64,000 nucleotides of DNA from Oceanispirochaeta sp. GTDB taxonomy: Bacteria; Spirochaetota; Spirochaetia; DSM-2461. A model generated the notes under the pieces. The model was not told where the DNA came from and searched no databases. It saw nothing but the letters and a program-made list of their open reading frames with translations. Position numbers and translations under genes: made by a program. The DNA lies in contig CAXXXD010000002.1 in the NCBI GenBank assembly GCA_963663385.2, forward strand, positions 1,184,001 to 1,248,000, read 5' to 3'. This document shows positions 1 through 10,331 of the stretch, piece by piece (within the stretch, counting starts at the first letter, position 1; each line of letters opens with the position of its first letter).

Positions 1-939
1 GTATTATCCGGGAAAAGATCATTGACGATGAAAATGGCACGGGGTCTTAATGCGGGTTTGGGAATTTCTGCGGATATACTGCTGCAGGATATGCCGGTAC
101 AGAATTTTGATGAATTAAGCGGTTTTGATTTTGACAGGTTCCCGATAACCGATATGGAGAACAATGGAGCTTTCCGGTGGTTTCAAATTCAGAATATCAG
201 GGATAAAGCGGAAGAAGTTATTACTCTTATGATTCAGGCTCTCGGGGGGAGAGAGGCTTTGCCGTCAGGGCTATACAGAAAAACCGCATCTCCCCGATTA
301 AGTGCCAAAACAGATTCTTATGCTCTTCTCGGGTGGGAGCTTCAGGTTTTACTTGAAGGGAAGATGAATCCGGTCAAACCGCATTTTTCTCGTGAAAAGC
401 TGACAGAGAAGGTTCTGGGGCAACTGGTCGGTTTGAGCCGTTTACATGAGGGGCCTTTGCTGGCAAAGGAATTCCTTGGCGATTACGGTATCAATCTTGT
501 GATTGTTCCCCATTTAAAGAAAACCTATCTTGACGGGGCTTCCTTTTTGACAAAAGAGGGAAGGGCTATTATCGGGATGTCTCTCCGTTATGATAGAACT
601 GATAATTTCTGGTTTACTTTGTGTCATGAACTGGGGCATTTGATGAAACACCTTTCTCCGGATGATTTTATTATTGATGATTTAAATATGAAAGGATCCG
701 AATCTGATACTGATGTGGAGCAGGATGCCGATAGATTTTCAGAATCAATTCTTTTTCCGGAAGGATTCGGTGAGAAATCATTTGACCTGTGGACTTCCCG
801 GGATGTGAAGATAGAAGCGGAACGGCAGGGGTGTCATTCTGCTCTGATTGCGGGGCATCTTCAGCATGAGCTGGGGAATTACAGGAAGTTCCGGAATCTT
901 GTGGGACAGGGAGAGGTTCGGAAACTGTTTTTGGGGTGA
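1..939 (+). CDS. HigA-like HTH + ImmA/IrrE Zn-metallopeptidase protein (5' end lies before the window)
   Basis: Frame open from base 1 (VLSGKRSLTMKMARGLNAGLGISADILL, end of an XRE HTH); DNFWFTLCHELGH HExxH motif and downstream EQDAD. Confidence 0.85.
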   Translation, partial: VLSGKRSLTMKMARGLNAGLGISADILLQDMPVQNFDELSGFDFDRFPITDMENNGAFRWFQIQNIRDKAEEVITLMIQALGGREALPSGLYRKTASPRLSAKTDSYALLGWELQVLLEGKMNPVKPHFSREKLTEKVLGQLVGLSRLHEGPLLAKEFLGDYGINLVIVPHLKKTYLDGASFLTKEGRAIIGMSLRYDRTDNFWFTLCHELGHLMKHLSPDDFIIDDLNMKGSESDTDVEQDADRFSESILFPEGFGEKSFDLWTSRDVKIEAERQGCHSALIAGHLQHELGNYRKFRNLVGQGEVRKLFLG

Positions 940-1122
940 GGATTTTTATTCTGATATGGGCATTCCCCCAAAAAAATCGACTTTTCTAAAAAGTAAATGG
1001 CTGTTACTATAAATTATCGGGAGTTTTTTTACTCCGGTGATGATGTAAAAATAAGGAAGATGGCATGTATAGCTTGAATACAGAGACGCAGATATGATTT
1101 CAGATTCGCCAGAGGAACCGGT

Positions 1123-2153
1123 ATGACCGGAAAGGATATTGTATCCCCGGATAAAAACTTTTTTGAGGATATTCGGGGCATTCTGAGAACAGCCCGCAGT
1201 CAGGCTTATGCCCAGGTTAATACAACCATGGTGAAGGCTTACTGGCAGATAGGTCAAAGGATTGTAAAACAGGAACAAAAAGGAAAGGACCGTGCTGATT
1301 ATGGTACTTTTCTGATTAGGAATCTTTCCAGAGAACTGGGCAATGAGTTCGGAAAAGGTTTTTCCGTAGCGAATTTGAAAAATTTCCGTCAATTTTATAT
1401 GACTTTTCCTGAAGAAGAAAAAAGCTACGCAGTGTGTAGCCAATTGAATTGGTCTCATATCAGGCTTATTATGCGGCTGGATAATATAGATGAGCGGGAT
1501 TACTACATCACTGAATCGCGGGAGCAGAACTGGAGTGTCCGTCAGCTGGAACGTAATATAAAAAGCGGTTATTTCCAGCGTCTGCTTTCTACGCAGAATA
1601 AAGAAATTACAACCGGTAGCTGCAGGCTATTCAGTCTGAATTTCTTAAAGATCCCTATGTGCTGGAGTTTCTGGGGCTGCCGGAGAGTTCCGATTATAAA
1701 GAATCTGCCCTGGAGCAGGCTATTATCAGTAATCTGCAGAAGTTCCTGCTGGAACTGGGGAAGGGGTTTTCTTTTGTAGGAAGGCAGTTCCGCATCAGTA
1801 CGGAAACGTCACATTTTTATATTGATCTGGTTTTTTACAATTATCTGCTGAAGTGTTTTGTGATTATTGATTTAAAGACTGAAAAGCTGTCGCATCAGGA
1901 TATCGGTCAGATGGATATGTATGTCCGCATGTTTGACGATCTGAAGCGCGGGGAAGACGATAACCCTACCATCGGGATTATTCTCTGTGCTGACAAAGAT
2001 GAAACGGTTGTCAGGTATTCGGTACTGAAAGACAGCGAACAGTTGTTTGCTTCCCGGTATAAAACTATTTTACCTACAGAGGAAGAGCTGGCCCGTGAGC
2101 TGGAGTTTGAGGTGGAAAGGGTTAAGCGGATGCTGGAGGGGTATAATGAGTAG
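1123..2153 (+). pseudogene. YhcG/DUF1016 PD-(D/E)XK nuclease family protein, split by a frameshift near 1600-1640
   Basis: First frame has AYWQIG...NLKNFRQFY...LNWSH...WSVRQLERNI; second frame has FLKDPYVLEFL...FLLELGKGF...IDLVFYN...IDLK...GQMDMY. Confidence 0.8.
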
Positions 2154-2486
2154 GGGGGCTGGATGGAAATGCCAAGCCTTATGCTGCCGGGGTTATTAAA
2201 TAGAGGGGCTGGCTTCGGGACCTGGTGCTTGATGAGCTGGTGGATGGTTTGGTGTTGTTGAGGATTTCATTCGGGTGGATTGAGACTCTGGGGCAGTGGG
2301 TTGTTCGTTGGGGCATAGAATTGTTTGTGAAGGTACTTTAGAGTTGATAAACGTTGTGGTTGAAGCCTACCGGAGGATAGGGCGATGTATAATCCTGTTT
2401 CTATTTTATAAAAAGAACAAAAAATCAAAGATGGATTCCTCGATTTATGGCATTGTTCTATAATACGACGTGAGGACATTCTTAAT

Positions 2487-2933
2487 ATGGACCATTTATC
2501 TAAAGAAAAAAGAAGCTGGAATATGAGTAGAATCAGGTCAAAAGATACAAAACCTGAATTACTAGCACGTTCCGCTCTACATAAGATGGGCTACCGTTTC
2601 CGTTTAAATGGGAAAGTAAGTAAGAATATTTATAAAAAGGGTGTACTGCCTGGGAAACCAGATATAGTACTCGCAAAATACAGGACAGTTATTTTTGTAC
2701 ATGGGTGTTTTTGGCACCGTCATGAAGGATGCAGTCGTTGTACTACTCCCTCTACAAACCAGAATTACTGGCTAGAGAAATTCGAGAAAAACAAATTTCG
2801 TGATAAACTTGTTATCAAAGGATTGAAAGACATGGGATGGCAGGTAATTGTGATCTGGGAATGTGAAGTGAAAAGTGATTTAAAAGACGTGTGTGAATTA
2901 TTAAAACAAAGAATGGAAAAGGATGAAAGATAA
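2487..2933 (+). CDS. vsr: Very short patch repair endonuclease
   Basis: RSWNMSRIRSKDTKPE, LPGKPDIV, FVHGCFWH, VIWECE; overlaps the start of a C5 methyltransferase. Confidence 0.95.
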   Translation: MDHLSKEKRSWNMSRIRSKDTKPELLARSALHKMGYRFRLNGKVSKNIYKKGVLPGKPDIVLAKYRTVIFVHGCFWHRHEGCSRCTTPSTNQNYWLEKFEKNKFRDKLVIKGLKDMGWQVIVIWECEVKSDLKDVCELLKQRMEKDER

Positions 2934-4059
2934 TATTTTTAGATTAGGTGAGCTTTTTTGTGGGCCAGGTGGAATAGCTGTAGGAGCTTCTAAGGCTGAA
3001 GTTGAAGGTTGTAAGATTGAACATGCATGGGCAACTGATTATCATCCTGATACCTGTGAAACTTATAGGAAAAATATCTTTCCAACTACACCTGAAAAAG
3101 TTATTTGTCAGGATATAAGAACATTAGATATGAATGTATTAGGAGAAGTTTCAGATGTTGATGCCCTTGCATTTGGTTTCCCATGTAATGATTTTAGCTT
3201 GGTAGGTGAGCAAAAGGGGGTCAAAGGGGAATATGGACCGCTTTATACATATTGTGCTAAGGCAGTTAGACACTTCAGGCCAAAATGGTTCCTAGCTGAA
3301 AATGTCGGTGGACTGAAAAGTTCTAATGAAGGAAGCGCATTTATCTCCATTCTGAATGAATTTAGAGATTGCGGTTACAATCTTTATCCACATCTTTACA
3401 AATTTGAAGAATATGGTGTTCCTCAGGCAAGACATAGAATCATTATAATAGGGATTCGATATGAGATTGATGTTGAATTTAAAATACCTGCACCAACTGG
3501 AATTACTAAAACTGCAAAAGAAGCATTAAGTAACATTCCTGAGAATGCCCCGAATCAAGTTATCACTAAACAGTCGAATACTGTAATCGAGAGACTCTCA
3601 CATATTAAACCTGGAGAAAATGCATTCAACGCTGATCTCCCTGAACACTTAAAGTTAAAAGTGAAAGGTGCAAAAATCAGTCAGATATATAAACGTTTAG
3701 AACCAGACAAACCTGCATACACTGTTACTGGCAGTGGGGGAGGAGGTACACATATGTATCACTGGGAGGAGCCAAGAGCGTTAACTAACAGAGAGCGTGC
3801 TCGACTTCAAACTTTTCCTGATAATCATGAGTTCTACGGTTCTAAAGAGAGTATCAGAAGACAAATAGGTATGGCAGTTCCAGCAGATGGAGTTAAACAG
3901 ATATTCGACGCATTACTTAAATCTTTTGCAGGTATCCCATATTCATATGTAGAACCAACTTTTGAAATCCTTCGTTATGACCCCGATCATAACACTTTAG
4001 AATTAGAGAAGAGTAAACTGATGGAAGAAATAGCTGCATACGGGAAGGAATTATCCTGA
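2923..4059 (+). CDS. DNA (cytosine-5)-methyltransferase
   Basis: Motif I LFCGPGG, catalytic GFPC, ENV, QARHR, RERARLQTFP, QIGMAV. Confidence 0.95.
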   Translation: MKDNIFRLGELFCGPGGIAVGASKAEVEGCKIEHAWATDYHPDTCETYRKNIFPTTPEKVICQDIRTLDMNVLGEVSDVDALAFGFPCNDFSLVGEQKGVKGEYGPLYTYCAKAVRHFRPKWFLAENVGGLKSSNEGSAFISILNEFRDCGYNLYPHLYKFEEYGVPQARHRIIIIGIRYEIDVEFKIPAPTGITKTAKEALSNIPENAPNQVITKQSNTVIERLSHIKPGENAFNADLPEHLKLKVKGAKISQIYKRLEPDKPAYTVTGSGGGGTHMYHWEEPRALTNRERARLQTFPDNHEFYGSKESIRRQIGMAVPADGVKQIFDALLKSFAGIPYSYVEPTFEILRYDPDHNTLELEKSKLMEEIAAYGKELS

Positions 4060-4100
4060 AAAATATTAAGCATAATTGTAATACTGCACAGGGGTGATAT

Positions 4101-6065
4101 ATGGAAGTTTTTCTTGTAAAAATAACAAATCGGGAAAATGTTGATAAAATTTTGGTTAGTGAAGAGTTTACTCATAAAGGTATTTATAACTTTGAATCTG
4201 AGATAAAAGAAAATTCACCAGTTTTCATAGTTTTTAGCGGTGATAAAGCACATATTGATTGGGAACAAGGAGTTATCGGTTTTGGTCATGTTACTAAAGC
4301 CCCATATGAGAAAGGGTATGATCCATCTAACAAACGATATTTTAAAATAGATATTCAACCTGATTTTATTCTAGAGCATCCACTTGATCCCAAATTTACC
4401 AAATTGCATCCAATATATCAAAATGAGTTATACGATGCACCATATGTTGGAGCCAAGCACTTTCCTAATCAAGCAATTGCTAAAGCTTCTGGTAAAAGTG
4501 CTGAAGCGTTGTATTATTTATTTAAAGATATAAAACCAGAATCTGTTGCTAATCTTAATTATCCATTTTTGAAGAATCTTTCTATGCCTAGTCTAGAGTT
4601 ATTCAGGCTGTATTTAGAGTCACGGATACCGAAGCTAAAAGAGAAATCTATTTCAAATTATATTTCAGGAGTTAAAAGTACATGTTCTTGGATAGGTTTT
4701 AATATTGATGAGCTTTTTTCAATGAGTATTGATGAAGTGAAACAAATTTATAATATAATCTGTAATGATCAGCGTGATAAAACAGGGAAAAAAATGTACA
4801 GTAGCGCTGTTCAAAAAGTTATTGAGTTCTTAATAGAAGAAAATGGAATAACACAAAATAACAGTATAGCTTCTTTAGAAAAATATACACAATTAACCAA
4901 ACCCTTTCTCCTCCTAGCGGGCATCAGCGGTACAGGTAAAACCCGTTTCGTTCGAGCCCAGGCAGCCCGATCAAACGGTTGGTATGCTGACGATTCTCAA
5001 AAGCCGGATAACTACGAACTGGTAGCTGTTCGTCCCGACTGGCATGAACCGTCAGATCTGCTCGGATATGTAAGCCGTATCGATGGAACAAAATATGTTC
5101 CAACCAGCTTTCTGAGATTTCTGGTAAAAGCATGGCAGGATGTATTCGACAATAGCGGTTCTTTGACAGGAATCGGTGAAGGAACACGGCCGTTCTGGTT
5201 CTGTCTAGATGAGATGAACCTAGCTCCAGTTGAGCAGTATTTTGCCGACTATCTTTCCATACTTGAGTCACGAAAATGGACAGATGCCGGGTACAGTTCT
5301 CTACCGATAATCAGTGATAACCTTGAGCACGTTATGGAAGCATTCGGTGGTAATGCAGAAGACGCTCTCTGGAGTGCCTTTCTTGATAATGGAGGGATTC
5401 CCCTGCCTCCGAATCTCATTGTGGCAGGCACAGTGAATATGGACGAGACCACCCACGGCTTTTCCCGGAAAGTAATCGACCGCGCCTTAACACTGGATTT
5501 TCAAGAGTTTTTTCCAAACAGATACAACGAGTTCTTTACTCCTCAAACAGAGCCGAAGCTGTTTGGATTTTCAATGGCATCACAAGTGAGCTCTCCTGAA
5601 GACCTCAGTGAAGCAACCGCTGATCCTAATGGAGAAAAGTCTATCAATTTTCTTTCAGAAGTGAACCGTACGCTCAAATCAACACCATTCGAACTTGCCT
5701 ATCGTGCACTAAATGAACTTTTACTGTCTGTGAAATGCTTCAAGCCGGAAAACAAAGAATCTCTGATTGCTGTATGGGACGACTTCCTAATGCAGAAGGT
5801 GCTGCCGCGTATTGAAGGAGATGCAGAAAAACTCTGCTATACGGGAGAGGAAGAGAGCGGTTTGCTCAATGGTCTGAGTAAATTTATCCGAAATGAGTTT
5901 AAAACCATGTTAAATACAGTCGATAACAGCATTACCAGACCCGATCTTCTTAATCAGAAAGTCGATGGCAGTGATGCAGAACCATGCAGCTGCAAGTCCC
6001 TTGATAAGATTGCCTGGATGCAGAATCGTTTAGAACAGAATCAGTATACTTCATTCTGGGCTTAG
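4101..6065 (+). CDS. McrB-family AAA+ GTPase with variable N-terminal DNA-recognition region
   Basis: Walker A GISGTGKT, VRPDW, Walker B LDEMNLA, McrB signature GTVNMDE, SRKVIDRA. Confidence 0.9.
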   Translation: MEVFLVKITNRENVDKILVSEEFTHKGIYNFESEIKENSPVFIVFSGDKAHIDWEQGVIGFGHVTKAPYEKGYDPSNKRYFKIDIQPDFILEHPLDPKFTKLHPIYQNELYDAPYVGAKHFPNQAIAKASGKSAEALYYLFKDIKPESVANLNYPFLKNLSMPSLELFRLYLESRIPKLKEKSISNYISGVKSTCSWIGFNIDELFSMSIDEVKQIYNIICNDQRDKTGKKMYSSAVQKVIEFLIEENGITQNNSIASLEKYTQLTKPFLLLAGISGTGKTRFVRAQAARSNGWYADDSQKPDNYELVAVRPDWHEPSDLLGYVSRIDGTKYVPTSFLRFLVKAWQDVFDNSGSLTGIGEGTRPFWFCLDEMNLAPVEQYFADYLSILESRKWTDAGYSSLPIISDNLEHVMEAFGGNAEDALWSAFLDNGGIPLPPNLIVAGTVNMDETTHGFSRKVIDRALTLDFQEFFPNRYNEFFTPQTEPKLFGFSMASQVSSPEDLSEATADPNGEKSINFLSEVNRTLKSTPFELAYRALNELLLSVKCFKPENKESLIAVWDDFLMQKVLPRIEGDAEKLCYTGEEESGLLNGLSKFIRNEFKTMLNTVDNSITRPDLLNQKVDGSDAEPCSCKSLDKIAWMQNRLEQNQYTSFWA

Positions 6066-6072
6066 AGTTCTA

Positions 6073-8427
6073 ATGCCTGATATTTTCAATTTAGACTGTG
6101 AACGCTGGGAACTCGTACTCTGGACAAGAAACAACAGTACTCCCCGGGATTTGCTGTCCGCAGTATTAGCTGAACGCGGACAGAAGCTGCCATCTGAAAA
6201 GGTTTGTCTCTCTTTTCAGTTTACAGGAGAAGAAAGTTCTGTATTTGAAGAACAGGTACTGGATGTTATTAAGAATAGTTGTGAACTGAATATTCCGGCT
6301 CCGCTCTGCTATGAGAATCGCGATTATGAGTTTGAGTTCAAATTTAAAAATGGCTTTATCCCGGATAAGGATAACCCAATTATTCATCGGCTTAACGAGA
6401 TAGAAAACGGATTTAGAACTATAGGCCGATGCAGTGTCCGCGGTGTTGTGAATTTCAAAAACAATATTGGCTGGTTTAAGCTCGGCTTGCGGTATCATAA
6501 AGACGGAAAGAACCATCGTGATACAATATCATTCAATGTCTTTCCAACTAAGATGGATATGGAGAATGATCTCGTTACTATCGGTAAAGTTATTGATGAA
6601 ACCTATCCGCTCTGGCGCTTTTCGCTTGCTCAGAAGACAGACTTTCTATTTTCACGATCCAACAGACGTTATGAGTCATTTGAACTGCTCTGGATTGCTC
6701 AATTCAAGGCACTTGCCGGTGAACTTGCTGATGCAGGGAAACTTATATGCCGATCTCCTCACAGTCGCCTGCTGCCGGTTGTAAGAAAGGTAAAAGCTGA
6801 GAGGATAAACGGCAGAATAACCGGTCGGCTTGAAGAACGGATTAAAGAGAACCTCATTGAGAAACAGTACGATAGACGGTATCGAATCGAGAAAAGAAAG
6901 CTCTCTTACGATACACCTGAAAACCGCTTTGTTAAGATGGTGTTGTACTACTCTGTAAAGAGACTGAAACAGTTTACTTCCCGAGTAAAAATGCTTGAGC
7001 AGATACCGGAAAATACAAGGCTTTCAGAATCATTTTATAATGAACTCCATGAATTAGTTATACCCTTCGAGAAACTGTCAGCAGAGCCTCTGTTTAAAGA
7101 AATCGGGAACTATGACGGCCGTATGCGGGAGTCCCTTGTACTGCATCAGCGTGCCGGATATGCCAAGGTGTATCGTATATGGCAGGATCTGAAACTCTAT
7201 CTCGACTTTTTCGGCAGTGATGCATCTGTATCGGTACGGTCAGTAGAACAGCTCTATGAAATATGGTGCCTTCTGGAAGTACGAAAGCAGCTTATTGCGC
7301 TTGGTTTTAACGAGGGCAAGAATCCAGTTCGAAATTTGAAAACTGCGGGATTTGAGAAGAGCCTCAGGAAAACCGATGAGACATTTTACATGTATCGACC
7401 TGATGGGATGGAAGCTCTTCTTATACATGAACCGAATTTCAAAGACCAAAAGCAAAAGCTCTTTGATAGGATTTACTCATGGACAACTTCTCAGCGTCCA
7501 GATATTTTTCTTGAAGTGACAATGCCCTCAGGGGACAAGGTTCGATGGGTATTCGATGCGAAATATCGTATTGACGACAATGAGAAGAAAGAATGGCCGT
7601 GTAAAGGGATTGATACTGTACCCGATGATGCAATAAACCAGATGCACCGTTATCGCGATTCTTTAATTTATATTTCTGAAGCAGATGAAGATGGGGAAAC
7701 GGATAAGAGCCGTCCTATTATTGGTGCTTTTGCTCTTTATCCGGGATGGTTTGAAAATCAGAGCGTGCAGGAGAATCCTTACAGAGATTCTATCGACACG
7801 GTTGGTATAGGAGCTTTTCCTCTGCTTCCGGGACAGGATAACCTCTGGTTTGCAGATTTTTTGAAGAGTCAGCTGGGTGAATATCATCAAACTCAATATA
7901 AACTTAAAGAGGCTGATGAGCTTTATCTGCAGGAGTCTGTGAGAATTGCGCCTTATGGAATGAAACAGTATCGACATAGTGAGTTGATACTTGCTGCAGA
8001 TATCTATGATTCAAAGGGAAGAGTATATATTCAGCCTTTTAAAGATGGTAAAGCTCAGTGGTATCATATTCCTGAAAGCACTGTACAGAATTATAGGATC
8101 TCCCGTCATGTTATGAGAGAAATTAAGTATTGTGCTTTTACAGTCAGATATGATGAAGGAAGGCAATGCAGACACATTTATCCGGTAGTAAAAACTGTAT
8201 TAAAACCCCGCAATGAGATTAATGAATTTGCCGGAGGGAAGAGTAATCGTGGTGGTGATAATAATATGTATTGGCTGATAAAGCTTGGACAGTCATTTGA
8301 ATCATCAGTTGTTTTAACTTCAAAGGAGCAACATAGGCGGTTCAAATTCAGGCTGGTCAAGTTTAGAGATTTTCTAGCAGCAGATTCATGGGACAATATA
8401 CCACGAAAATATACTGTACGAACTTAG
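6073..8427 (+). CDS. McrC-like DUF2357 + PD-(D/E)XK restriction nuclease with C-terminal extension
   Basis: YDTPENRFVK, LYEIWC, RPDI...FDAKYR, INQMHRYRD; directly follows the McrB-like gene. Confidence 0.88.
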   Translation: MPDIFNLDCERWELVLWTRNNSTPRDLLSAVLAERGQKLPSEKVCLSFQFTGEESSVFEEQVLDVIKNSCELNIPAPLCYENRDYEFEFKFKNGFIPDKDNPIIHRLNEIENGFRTIGRCSVRGVVNFKNNIGWFKLGLRYHKDGKNHRDTISFNVFPTKMDMENDLVTIGKVIDETYPLWRFSLAQKTDFLFSRSNRRYESFELLWIAQFKALAGELADAGKLICRSPHSRLLPVVRKVKAERINGRITGRLEERIKENLIEKQYDRRYRIEKRKLSYDTPENRFVKMVLYYSVKRLKQFTSRVKMLEQIPENTRLSESFYNELHELVIPFEKLSAEPLFKEIGNYDGRMRESLVLHQRAGYAKVYRIWQDLKLYLDFFGSDASVSVRSVEQLYEIWCLLEVRKQLIALGFNEGKNPVRNLKTAGFEKSLRKTDETFYMYRPDGMEALLIHEPNFKDQKQKLFDRIYSWTTSQRPDIFLEVTMPSGDKVRWVFDAKYRIDDNEKKEWPCKGIDTVPDDAINQMHRYRDSLIYISEADEDGETDKSRPIIGAFALYPGWFENQSVQENPYRDSIDTVGIGAFPLLPGQDNLWFADFLKSQLGEYHQTQYKLKEADELYLQESVRIAPYGMKQYRHSELILAADIYDSKGRVYIQPFKDGKAQWYHIPESTVQNYRISRHVMREIKYCAFTVRYDEGRQCRHIYPVVKTVLKPRNEINEFAGGKSNRGGDNNMYWLIKLGQSFESSVVLTSKEQHRRFKFRLVKFRDFLAADSWDNIPRKYTVRT

Positions 8428-8459
8428 TAATAAAATCCTGTCAATAATGAGGATTGTTT

Positions 8460-8720
8460 TTTATACTCCACCTCTCCATAACATTATGAAGTGCCAGAAT
8501 CTCAACCTGTTCACAAAAATACCGGAAAATCTCATGCCCCATACCAGATTTTTATTCAGAACTCCCGGTAAGACTCAACATTTCCCTGGAAAACATCTCT
8601 CTTTCCATTTTTATAACACAAATCCCAATATTCCCGAATCCGATTCTCCCGGCTTAACAGAAAAGAACGTTCAGGCAGTCTGTCCCTTTTATTATTATTC
8701 ACATCCTTAGCGGCAGGTTT
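8460..8720 (-). pseudogene. Probable C-terminal remnant of an HNH endonuclease
   Basis: PAAKDVNNNKRDRLP...ENRIREYW resembles the end of an HNH domain; continues after a frameshift and stop as ...FCEQVEILALHNVMERW. Confidence 0.4.
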
Positions 8721-8771
8721 CTGCCGGATTTTCCAATGAGCCAATGAGACATCAATAGATAATAGCTGCTT

Positions 8772-10331
8772 TTATCCCATAGTCCTATTGAAAATCACTT
8801 CTATTGCATCAATTTCTCCATCGGTCAGATCTTTGAACTCTTTTTCTCTCGCTCTGGATGATAGACGGCCTCCATTCTGCTTCAGAAAACGAAAGAGAAG
8901 ATCCACTGTTTTGGAAGGCATATCGACGATCTCTGCCAGGCTCCTTTTAAACTGATCGTACCGTTGCAAAAAGGAGGCTTCTTCCTGCAGATCATAATCG
9001 ATGGTTCTCTGAACACAGGAGTAGAGAAACTCCGCATGGGGAGTGGCATCAAAGTAGCGGTAATAGTCTGCCGTCTCATTTATCACCCGGACATTGTTAT
9101 CTTTTGTCGGTTCCCATTGGATCAGAGGGAGAATCCTTCTGGAATAACCCTGGAGAACCGTTCTGTATTCCTCTATCCTGTCAAGCATAACCGCAGAAAC
9201 AGGGAATACAAGCCCCAGAGGATTGAACCCGTTTTCAGCCAGAACATGATGTATCAGATAGCGGTGCAGCCTCCCATTGCCATCGGCAAAGGGATGAATG
9301 TTGACAAATCCGAAGGCCATGATGGCTGCAGTCATGACCGGATCAAGTTTACCTTTAATAGTATTAATATAATCAATCAAACCCTCCATTAATAGAGGAA
9401 GGTCCTCTGATTTGGCACTGATATGCTCGGGAATCGGCATTCCCGTGTCCCTGTCGTGTTCCCCCACAAAACCGCCCTCCGTTCTGAGTCCGGGTTTGAC
9501 AAACCTCAAATCACCGATAACGATTTTCTGTAGACGTGTAAGCTCTTCCATATCAAGGGGATGGGTTCCCGCCTGACCGATAATCTGGCCCCATCTTTCA
9601 ATCCGTTTATGGGCGGGAGCTTCATTTTCAATGGCATAACTGGCCTTTGAATCCTTCAGCAGAAGAAAGGCGGCTGTCCGGCTTATCACATCCGAAGGGA
9701 TCCGGCTAATGACCTCTGCGGCTCTGTTCTTCAGATCAGATTGCAGATATTCTGTTAAAACAGGGGTTTTGAATACAAGAGGGCAGAACTCTCTTGTCCC
9801 GGGCAGATTATTTATAACTCTCTGACGGGAAACATGTTCCCCCGGGAGGGTAAACTGAATATCCGGGTCAATCACCGGTACATAGTTTCCTGTTTTAAGA
9901 TCAGAAAGGTTGAGAGCTTTATTCATAAGCCATTCGTAAAGGAACCAGATTCTTCTGGCATAGGTTCCCGTGGGGGTGGCTTTTACAATATTTTCAATTT
10001 CCAGGGATTCTATTTTCTGAAAGAGGCATTTCAGAACAGCCAGATCAACACCTTCGTATTTCAGGGCAAAGGTAAGGTGCCCACCCAGAGTGGCTTCGGG
10101 TGTATGGCGGGGAGTAAAATAGGACCAGTTTTCCCGGTATGTCCTTTTATGACTGCTTCCGATACAGCTGAGTGTGTAAGGCAGGGGAGCCGCGAGCTTA
10201 TAAGCTCCGATTAAGGCAGCGTAACCGACGGGTTGAGCCCTTTGGGGAAGTCTTAAACCGTGAAAAACTGTTACCGGTCCTGAAAACTCTTTATTCAAAC
10301 CTGTTCTCCTTGAATAATCATTATAAACCAT
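8772..10331 (-). CDS. Fic family protein
   Basis: Canonical Fic motif HPFADGNGRLHR. Confidence 0.92.
   Translation of the reverse strand: MVYNDYSRRTGLNKEFSGPVTVFHGLRLPQRAQPVGYAALIGAYKLAAPLPYTLSCIGSSHKRTYRENWSYFTPRHTPEATLGGHLTFALKYEGVDLAVLKCLFQKIESLEIENIVKATPTGTYARRIWFLYEWLMNKALNLSDLKTGNYVPVIDPDIQFTLPGEHVSRQRVINNLPGTREFCPLVFKTPVLTEYLQSDLKNRAAEVISRIPSDVISRTAAFLLLKDSKASYAIENEAPAHKRIERWGQIIGQAGTHPLDMEELTRLQKIVIGDLRFVKPGLRTEGGFVGEHDRDTGMPIPEHISAKSEDLPLLMEGLIDYINTIKGKLDPVMTAAIMAFGFVNIHPFADGNGRLHRYLIHHVLAENGFNPLGLVFPVSAVMLDRIEEYRTVLQGYSRRILPLIQWEPTKDNNVRVINETADYYRYFDATPHAEFLYSCVQRTIDYDLQEEASFLQRYDQFKRSLAEIVDMPSKTVDLLFRFLKQNGGRLSSRAREKEFKDLTDGEIDAIEVIFNRTMG

Noticed and set aside
2154..2400. G/T-skewed intergenic stretch with two AGGGGCTGG-like motifs
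   Set aside because: No convincing ORF, repeat array or RNA structure could be supported
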